From positions 1 to 43,124 of the forward strand of contig CAAEEI010000016.1 of the NCBI GenBank assembly GCA_900754855.1: a stretch of DNA of 43,124 nucleotides, written 5' to 3'. Shown here one piece after another: positions 36,721 through 43,124 of this stretch. Made by a program: the position numbers and the translations under genes. Under the pieces are notes generated by a model, which saw nothing but the letters and a program-made list of their open reading frames with translations, had not been told where the DNA came from and made no database searches. Positions within the stretch are counted from its first letter, which is position 1; each line of letters starts with the position of its first letter. The DNA is from Lachnospiraceae bacterium (GTDB lineage Bacteria; Bacillota; Clostridia; Lachnospirales; Lachnospiraceae).

Positions 36721-39700
36721 TTATCTTTTCAGCAGTACCATCCGTTTACGTTTGTCTTTATACAGAATCAGGGCGGCTCCCATCATGAGAGCCATACCGC
36801 CGATTGTATACCAATAGATACCATTTCCTCCGGTGGAAGGAAGTTCATACAACATCTCATTTTTAATGGTCAACTCTGTTCCCGTTTCATTTAACTCCCA
36901 CATCGTTGGCATTTTTTCATTACTTAAAAGCTTTCCATCTTTGTCACATAGTTTTATTGCTCCACTTGCTTCAACAATGAAATAAATCTCTTCCTGTAAC
37001 AGCACGTGAGCATCAGGTGCTTCCACTTTCTGTAACTTGTAGACTTTACCTGTTTGAAGGTTGTTTAATTTTGCCGCTGTGTTGTTTTTATTTACAACAA
37101 TTTCTATTGGTTGTGTCCATCCATTCTCGCTCTTCTCTGATAAGTTGAACTTCGCTCCGGAAATCTCCGGGTTACCTGTGGCAGCAGAAACTTTTTTCAA
37201 ATTCAGACTTGCATTATAATGATTATGAAAAGCAAAGGTCTGTGTTACTGGTGTAGTATCTTTTGCACTGATTGTTGTATTAATCAGTCGACTTCTAGTA
37301 GTTCCGTTTGTTGTTTCCCCTCTAGCATCGGTATAACTCCAGTCTGTAGAATCATAGTTCCAGTTTATTCCTGTTGTCATATATCCGGATTCGCTCACGG
37401 TATACTTCATATCGAAAATGGCAAATTGCCAGCTGTAAGTCACTGAACCATCCTCATTGGTTAGCGATTTTTCAGCCTGTGCTAAGTTCTTACTTATCGT
37501 TGCCGATTCATCTCCTGTCAGGAAATTTCCCGTCACTGCTATGGAAAAGTTTTCTTTTACATTGTCCGCAATTACCTGGTTCGGAAAAGTTTTTGTTACG
37601 GTAAGAATTCCTCCCTTCGGAACCAGTTGAACTACTGGTTTTTCATATCCAACATTAGTAGGTTCATTTTCATTTTCCTGATAAGTTAAATGTGTATTGG
37701 CATTATCATTAGAGTAAAGCCCTGGTTTTTCGGAACTGGTTTGATTTCCCGGTGCATCCGTATCCGGATCTCCAATATGTGGATACTGATTATTATTCTT
37801 ACTCACTGCTTGCCGGGCGGCACCTTCTTTTACCTTAATCTTAAAACTTATGCTATATTTAATCTTATCTTCTAATACACCCTTTGTATTTTCTAATTTT
37901 AACTGTAACTCGATCTTCCTTGCATCAGACCAGTTTACATTATTTGCACCATTTGGGGTATTTCCACTATAAACCTCATCATTATTGCCATTATATACCT
38001 TGATAATATAATCTGTTGAGTTTAAGGTTTTTTCTTCATTTGTTTCTGTGTCTTGCGCTATCACCCGAAACTCAGGATTTTCTTCTAACTGCACATAGTC
38101 GCTCAATGTATCTGTAATAGAAACATTTTTATACACTGGCTTCGTTATCTGACTTACAATGGTATCAACTGCAGTTTTTAATTCGTTTTTATCGCTTCCC
38201 ATCAAACGCTTTCCACCCATAGCAGCTGCAAAATTTTTACAAATATCACTTCCTTTTGCTGTTGCGTCAATAACATAACGACCGTTGGCAGCTTTTAGAT
38301 AAGTCGATTTATTCCATTCCTTCACTGCATAATCATAATTATTAGTACTTGTACTGCTATATGTTCCCCTCCCTTGTGTTACTGTACTGCTTCCCTCCAA
38401 ATAACGATACGTAGGCTCGCCATCGGTTAAAAATATCACATATTTTCGACTTTTCTCTCTATTCTCACTTTGGGATAATAAAGTATTTCCTTTTCTGATT
38501 CCTGCCTGCCAGTTTGTTCCACCAGTACACCCAGATAATTGCCATGAAAAGTTGTTTAAGGATTCCCAACCATGTGACCAAGCATCTTCACTGTTGTCAG
38601 ATATATCATAATCCGAATCCTTATCTCTTATTTTGCTTGTTCCTGCACCCGCTGCACTAAACGTAACCACACCCAGATTAATATCAACACCTTCCGGCGC
38701 ATTCTCCTTTAATCCTTCTTTCAATGTATTTATTGCACTATTAACATTGTCCTCTCTTGTTTTACCTTCATCGGCTGGATCAGTCATACTTTTTGATTTA
38801 TCCACAATCAGCAGAATATCCACAGGTGTTAATTCCCCTTGTTTACCGCTTACGTCCAATGCCAGTGTATAGTTATCGTCATTTTCATGATAATCAATAT
38901 ATTTATGATGCTCTGGCGTTCCCAGAATCTCCATCTCTGGTTCCTGTGGTGTCCCGGGATCCGGATTAACCACAACGTTCTTATCGTAAATTACATATAT
39001 ATTGGTTTCATCTTCCTCCCATTTCTTTTCCGTTCCATTGTCTCCATTCTTATATTTAATAGTCCATTGTTTGTTCTCATACGTAGCTTTTACCTGGCTG
39101 ATGTTTGTTTTCTCAGCCTTTAAAGCAGCACTCTTATCTTCTGCTATCACAGTTTTGGCATATGTATAACCTGGGATAACCGGTTCCTCAATTATATGCC
39201 ATTCACTATTTTTTAAGTTTACTGTTCCACTTTTTCCATTAATCTCACTTTCCTCGTTGCTGTCGATATAATGAATATTAATTTTGTAAGATCTCCAATT
39301 ATAGTTCCAAATCACGGTGTAGACCGAAAAACTATTTGTCACAAACTCTGTCTTCTGGATTTCTTTTTGTGCAGTGGTGTCCATTGTTTTCAACTGACCG
39401 TTTTGGTTCATATCAACAACTTCTTTTACCTGCCCTTCCGCATTTTCTTCTAAATGAAGTACCGATACGTTAGTGTTGTTTACGATTTCTTCTGTCATCG
39501 CTGGCGCTACCGCCTGTTTATAGTCCATAGTCACCTTAACTTCACTGTTCGGTTCTACTTCTTTCCCGTCTTTGTCCATTAAGGTAATATCATAAGCCAG
39601 AAATCCTGCTATATCATATTTTTCCTGCGTCGCCTTCTCCTGTATCTTCTTTTCTACTTCCTGATACGCGGTCTTGGTCTGACTGTTTTCTTTTTCAATC

Positions 39701-40293
39701 GGAACGACTTTCAGCGTTGCTCCTGCCGGGATAGCGCCTTCGCTGATGGCGCTGACTTTAACGGTAACCTGATCATTTTCATAGATTAATTCCGTTGGTG
39801 CCGTTTCTTTTTCTGTGGCAGTTGAAGCTTCGGTGTTATCTGTTTTCTCCGTAGTCGTTTCCGGCGCTTTTTCTGTCGTAGTCTCTTCTTTCTTCGCTGT
39901 GGTTGCCTCCGGCGCCTTTTCCGTCGTGGTCTCTTCTTTCTTCGCCGTCGTGGTCTCCGGCGCTTTCTCTGTCGTTGTCTCTTCTTTCTTCGCCGTCGTG
40001 GTTTCCGGCGCCTTCTCCGTGGTCTCTTCTTTCTTGGCCGTGGTTGCTTCCGGCGCTTTCTTCGTGGTCTCTTCTTTCTTCGCCGTCGTGGTTTCCGGCG
40101 CTTTCTCTGTCGTTGTCTCTTCTTTCTTCGCCGTCGTCTTTTCTTCTTTTTTGGTTTTTTCCTGTCCGGTTGTATTTGCATTTTCTACTGCTGTTGTGGC
40201 CGGTTCATCGGCCAGGATGGACACGCTGTTACAAACAACCAGTACCATGCAAAGCAGGAAAGCGGTTATTCTCTTTTTTAATTTCCTTTTCAT
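36721..40293 (-). CDS. Tip pilin / adhesin with vWA domain
   Basis: Signal peptide, T/K/E repeats, vWA MIDAS (DILLIVDKSKSM, GGTNWQAG, VIFLTDGEP), ITDTLS, a C-terminal CnaB-like domain, then LPSTGG, TM and a basic tail. Start at ATG 40293 after AAGGAGG. Confidence 0.9.
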   Translation of the reverse strand: MKRKLKKRITAFLLCMVLVVCNSVSILADEPATTAVENANTTGQEKTKKEEKTTAKKEETTTEKAPETTTAKKEETTKKAPEATTAKKEETTEKAPETTTAKKEETTTEKAPETTTAKKEETTTEKAPEATTAKKEETTTEKAPETTTEKTDNTEASTATEKETAPTELIYENDQVTVKVSAISEGAIPAGATLKVVPIEKENSQTKTAYQEVEKKIQEKATQEKYDIAGFLAYDITLMDKDGKEVEPNSEVKVTMDYKQAVAPAMTEEIVNNTNVSVLHLEENAEGQVKEVVDMNQNGQLKTMDTTAQKEIQKTEFVTNSFSVYTVIWNYNWRSYKINIHYIDSNEESEINGKSGTVNLKNSEWHIIEEPVIPGYTYAKTVIAEDKSAALKAEKTNISQVKATYENKQWTIKYKNGDNGTEKKWEEDETNIYVIYDKNVVVNPDPGTPQEPEMEILGTPEHHKYIDYHENDDNYTLALDVSGKQGELTPVDILLIVDKSKSMTDPADEGKTREDNVNSAINTLKEGLKENAPEGVDINLGVVTFSAAGAGTSKIRDKDSDYDISDNSEDAWSHGWESLNNFSWQLSGCTGGTNWQAGIRKGNTLLSQSENREKSRKYVIFLTDGEPTYRYLEGSSTVTQGRGTYSSTSTNNYDYAVKEWNKSTYLKAANGRYVIDATAKGSDICKNFAAAMGGKRLMGSDKNELKTAVDTIVSQITKPVYKNVSITDTLSDYVQLEENPEFRVIAQDTETNEEKTLNSTDYIIKVYNGNNDEVYSGNTPNGANNVNWSDARKIELQLKLENTKGVLEDKIKYSISFKIKVKEGAARQAVSKNNNQYPHIGDPDTDAPGNQTSSEKPGLYSNDNANTHLTYQENENEPTNVGYEKPVVQLVPKGGILTVTKTFPNQVIADNVKENFSIAVTGNFLTGDESATISKNLAQAEKSLTNEDGSVTYSWQFAIFDMKYTVSESGYMTTGINWNYDSTDWSYTDARGETTNGTTRSRLINTTISAKDTTPVTQTFAFHNHYNASLNLKKVSAATGNPEISGAKFNLSEKSENGWTQPIEIVVNKNNTAAKLNNLQTGKVYKLQKVEAPDAHVLLQEEIYFIVEASGAIKLCDKDGKLLSNEKMPTMWELNETGTELTIKNEMLYELPSTGGNGIYWYTIGGMALMMGAALILYKDKRKRMVLLKR
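39858..40141. repeat. Six coding tandem repeats of 45-48 bp
   Basis: Encode (T/A/K)TTAKKEETT(T)(E/K)KAPE six times. Confidence 0.92.
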
Positions 40294-40312
40294 GGCTGCT
40301 CCTCCTTTTATC

Positions 40313-40486
40313 TCATTCACTCTCCACCAATGCTTCATCAATCAGCTTCAACATTTCCAGCGCGCTGCGGAAGTGCTGTTCATTATTTTGATCCACCCAC
40401 AGGATACTTCCCTGCCACGTACTGTTTTGTCTATCTATTATTTTTATCATAAAGGTCTGCTCATCTTTGTGCCCTTTCCTCTTCAT
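40313..40486 (-). CDS. Conserved-looking 57-aa hypothetical protein (absent from ORF track), paralogous to 40793..41233
   Basis: Translated by hand: MKRKGHKDEQTFMIKIIDRQNSTWQGSILWVDQNNEQHFRSALEMLKLIDEALVESE. SD AAGGGG. Its stop lies 19 bp before the adhesin ATG. Confidence 0.82.
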   Translation of the reverse strand: MKRKGHKDEQTFMIKIIDRQNSTWQGSILWVDQNNEQHFRSALEMLKLIDEALVESE

Positions 40487-40587
40487 ATATTGTTCCCCTT
40501 TCCCACAAAATCTCCTCTTTTTTCCGTCTCTTTTTTCTATATCTCTGTCTCTGATTGCTCATCAGATTTTTTCTTCAACGTGTTTTT

Positions 40588-40622
40588 ATTATACCTTTAT
40601 CCCCATTACAAGAAGCATTACA
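40588..40622 (-). promoter_or_regulatory. Putative activator-dependent pilus promoter
   Basis: TGTAATG-cttct-TGTAATG-N10-TATAAT. No consensus -35 at 17 bp. Confidence 0.5.
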
Positions 40623-40730
40623 CCACAATAAAATTATTAATTATTTTTAATATTTCCAAAGGAAATCTATTTTTATTTTAAAATAATTTTCAAAATACTA
40701 ACAAAAACCGTGAACATTTTTATTTTTGCA

Positions 40731-40763
40731 CAAAAATAAGGGACGAACCTTCACGGTTTGTCC
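40731..40763 (-). terminator. Probable terminator after the regulator gene pair
   Basis: GGACAAACC-GTGAA-GGTTCGTCC (one mismatch) followed by CTTATTTTTG. Confidence 0.55.
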
Positions 40764-40792
40764 TTCGTTTTCTGAACCCATACAGGGTATTT

Positions 40793-41233
40793 TTAATTTA
40801 ACGAAAACGCTCTGTCTAAAATTTTAATAAAATCCAATGTACTGAAAAAATCCAGAACTTCTTCCTTTTCCAGCCAGTACACATCTCCCTGCCAGCAGGA
40901 ATTTTGCCTGAAACGCACAGAAACAATAAAGGTATTTTTCTTTCCCCGATGTAGGATAACCTCTGTTTGTTCTCTACATTTTTTCGGTTTATGACGTTCT
41001 CCTGTCTCCATCCCGAAAAAACTCCTGCTCATGGTTGAGGACTGTGGAAAATTAATATCATCAAACAGGTTTTCCATCATCCGAAGAACCTGCATCAGAT
41101 TAGAAAATTTCTGTCCATTTTCGGAATAACAGTGATAGATTTTTCCTGATAGCTCGCCGTTTTCCTCCTGGTCAACACAGATATTGACCAAATTGGGCGC
41201 AGAAATATTAATATGATTACGTTTTTTTTCCAT
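40793..41233 (-). CDS. Hypothetical protein made of two tandem copies of an uncharacterised ~45-aa domain
   Basis: LVNICVDQEENGELSGKIYH..FSNLMQVLRMME aligns with TFIVSVRFRQNSCWQGDVYW..FFSTLDFIKILD. Starts 24 bp after the BTAD gene stop. Confidence 0.8.
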   Translation of the reverse strand: MEKKRNHINISAPNLVNICVDQEENGELSGKIYHCYSENGQKFSNLMQVLRMMENLFDDINFPQSSTMSRSFFGMETGERHKPKKCREQTEVILHRGKKNTFIVSVRFRQNSCWQGDVYWLEKEEVLDFFSTLDFIKILDRAFSLN

Positions 41234-41257
41234 AAAATCCTAACCTTCTTTTCCACT

Positions 41258-42511
41258 TCAATCCGTATCCCAATGGATGCCTCTCTCCTGAAATGCTAAT
41301 TTTGTACTGTCGTTATCTGCATCGGCAATGGAAGTAATGTAATATTCCAGATATTTTTTCCAGCTTTTATGTTCTCTTGTGAAATATTTTTCTATACGTT
41401 CAAATATCATTCCGCAATTTTCTTTATTGGTTCCCACCAGTAAAATCAAAAACTGACTCGGATTATAGCGGCTAAAAGAATCGCCCCGTCGCAGACAGTG
41501 CCGGATCGACGTCATCAGTTCTTCTGAAAGCATATCAAGCTTAGCCTGATTTTCCATCGGCACCCCTTTCCCGTCTGTCAGAGAACAGAGCATCAAATAA
41601 ACCGATTGTCCATTTCTTTCCATAATGCGTCGCACCAGCCGATAACTGTCACGAAAACTTGGAAAAGTCATATAAAATGCGCCGCTTTCCTTCTTTTCCT
41701 CCCACAGACGTCCCTTGATTTCTCCAATACTTGATGGTGTGGTACTCATTCTTTCACTCATATATTCGAACTGATGAATCATTTTTTCTGATGGGCTGAT
41801 TCCCAGTTCTTCAAAGAATAATTTGGCCGTTGCCTCATATTCTTTCATGGCTTCCTCAAAACGGTTCAGGGCCATAAAGCATTCTATACGGACAGCCTGC
41901 CATTCATCGAAAGGATACATGCTGCAGGCAGGTTCACAGAATCTCAGAATTTCCTCATAGTCTCCCCGCTCCCAGAGATAATCGATGAGCGACTGCAAAA
42001 TATCTGTATACAAATGTTTATACTGTACATTTTCAATTAATATCCATTCATCTCCTGAGGATCCCGGTAATAATTCTCCTTTATATTCCAGCAGCGCCTG
42101 TTTCCACAGTTCGGCTTTGACCTCTTCATCTTCTGTTTCTTCCGCCTCATCGATCAGACGGGTAAACTCATGAACATCCACGATGGTTTTCATTGGCGCA
42201 TTCCAGTAGTAGGTTCCTTTGCTTATTTTAATGTAATTGTATTCCGGTAATCCTATATGCACGAGCATCTTTTTAAGACGATATGCCGTTACACGGAGAC
42301 TGTTGGGCGCATCTGCCAGCTCATCAGCTTCATAAATGCTGTTAATCAGTTTGTTCCGTGCAACACCTTGCTCTCCATAATAGAGCAGACATTGCAGAAG
42401 CTTCATCGCCTTTGTTGTTGTATTCCTCGAAAATGCAATGGGCTGATCCCCATACATCAAAGAGAGATTTCCAAACATTTGTACTTTTAACGTAGGCATT
42501 TCTGATGTCAT
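41258..42511 (-). CDS. SARP-like activator: wHTH + BTAD + degenerate GGDEF-like domain
   Basis: LKVQMFGNLSL..LLQCLL..LINSIY..NSLRVTAYRLKK (wHTH). VDVHEF, YKGELLP, PFDE, A..EYE..ELGISPS (BTAD). LRRGDSFSRYNPSQFLILL (GGDEF-like). Confidence 0.85.
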   Translation of the reverse strand: MTSEMPTLKVQMFGNLSLMYGDQPIAFSRNTTTKAMKLLQCLLYYGEQGVARNKLINSIYEADELADAPNSLRVTAYRLKKMLVHIGLPEYNYIKISKGTYYWNAPMKTIVDVHEFTRLIDEAEETEDEEVKAELWKQALLEYKGELLPGSSGDEWILIENVQYKHLYTDILQSLIDYLWERGDYEEILRFCEPACSMYPFDEWQAVRIECFMALNRFEEAMKEYEATAKLFFEELGISPSEKMIHQFEYMSERMSTTPSSIGEIKGRLWEEKKESGAFYMTFPSFRDSYRLVRRIMERNGQSVYLMLCSLTDGKGVPMENQAKLDMLSEELMTSIRHCLRRGDSFSRYNPSQFLILLVGTNKENCGMIFERIEKYFTREHKSWKKYLEYYITSIADADNDSTKLAFQERGIHWDTD

Positions 42512-42574
42512 ATTTTCTCTCCTTATGATTTTTATTTTGTGGCCATTTTCATATTTTATATATAATATTCTTTT

Positions 42575-42603
42575 ATTGTAAAATCTAACATCAAAAAAAT
42601 CAA
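42575..42603 (-). promoter_or_regulatory. Putative sigma-A promoter of the BTAD regulator
   Basis: TTGATT, 17 bp spacer, TACAAT. Confidence 0.6.
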
Positions 42604-42673
42604 TAGCTGTTTATGTTAAAAAAAGCTCTTTTTATGCACCATTTGGGTAAACTTTTCCTTTAATGATACTCTT

Positions 42674-43123
42674 TTACAGCGAAATACCTTCTCCATCATA
42701 AGGAACATATATTTTCCCTTTATAATATTTCCGGGCTTCTTTTTTGTATAAAGATTTTCGTTTGCGGATATTTTTATCTTCCGTATGCCAGAGCAGAAGA
42801 TTGTTTACCTGTAACTTTTCTGCCAGTTCTGCGGCGTCTTTTACCGTACTGTGAGAAATTTCATACGGTCTGAATTGTTCCCTCTCCGCATAAAGACAAA
42901 ATGCTTCATGAAGCAGGTAATCTGCCTGACGGGCATAGGGATAACAGTGCTCCTGACAGGGTTCATCTCCGCAAAACATGAGTTTCTTTCCATTATTCAG
43001 GGTGGTCACAAACCCGAATTGCCTGGCTTTTTTAGATTGAATATCAAAGAATTTTATGGAATAATCCAGAATTTTTCGTTCCTTCTGGTCTTCCACCACC
43101 TGAAGAAAAATCCGTTTTTCAAA
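42674..43123 (-). CDS. Metallo-beta-lactamase-fold hydrolase, RNase Z-like (5' end outside the window)
   Basis: FCGDE, LLHEAFC, SHST..AAELA and LLLWHTED. The frame stays open to the window edge. Confidence 0.8.
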   Translation of the reverse strand, partial: FEKRIFLQVVEDQKERKILDYSIKFFDIQSKKARQFGFVTTLNNGKKLMFCGDEPCQEHCYPYARQADYLLHEAFCLYAEREQFRPYEISHSTVKDAAELAEKLQVNNLLLWHTEDKNIRKRKSLYKKEARKYYKGKIYVPYDGEGISL

Positions 43124-43124
43124 A

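Noticed and set aside
39786..40681. Alternative-frame ORFs over the adhesin repeats (Arg/Lys-rich 131 aa, hydrophobic 288 aa, 162 aa)
   Set aside because: Stop-free frames are a by-product of the in-frame tandem repeats. There is no independent initiation evidence.
40487..40792. c-di-GMP riboswitch or invertible promoter switch upstream of the pilus genes
   Set aside because: No GCAAAC..GAAA..GACGCAAAGC-type signature. The 10-bp inverted repeat AAACCGTGAA/TTCACGGTTT (40705-40759) encloses only 35 bp, overlaps the terminator, excludes the candidate promoter, and no recombinase is nearby.

Overview
Chromosomal window from a Clostridia-type bacterium (Lachnospiraceae-like by gene content and SD/promoter style; this is inference). 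Almost all genes are on the minus strand. From left to right: (1) an LTA-synthase/sulfatase gene, an nfeD-SPFH pair, and feoA-feoB plus a 49-aa Cys-rich ORF absent from the ORF track, under three TTAG-N6-CTAA operators. (2) A ~21.5-kb anaerobic cobalamin/tetrapyrrole operon (hemL to hemB) with a HemC-CobA-HemD triple fusion, a CbiP-CobO fusion and an embedded GNAT. It has no visible B12 riboswitch and faces a divergent lysR-cbiG unit. (3) A His6-type hisA preceded by a decayed Rpn/PD-(D/E)XK remnant whose C-terminal mini-protein is still intact. (4) A sortase-dependent pilus locus (vWA tip adhesin, backbone pilin, two class C sortases, anchor-like protein). (5) A partial RNase Z-like hydrolase at the right edge. 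The best candidate for an undescribed system lies just upstream of the pilus genes: a SARP-like wHTH-BTAD activator fused to a degenerate GGDEF domain that keeps the RxxD c-di-GMP site, two small proteins sharing three copies of one uncharacterised ~45-aa domain (one gene absent from the ORF track), and a promoter whose -35 is replaced by heptamer direct repeats. All calls come from reading motifs by eye; no database searches were run.
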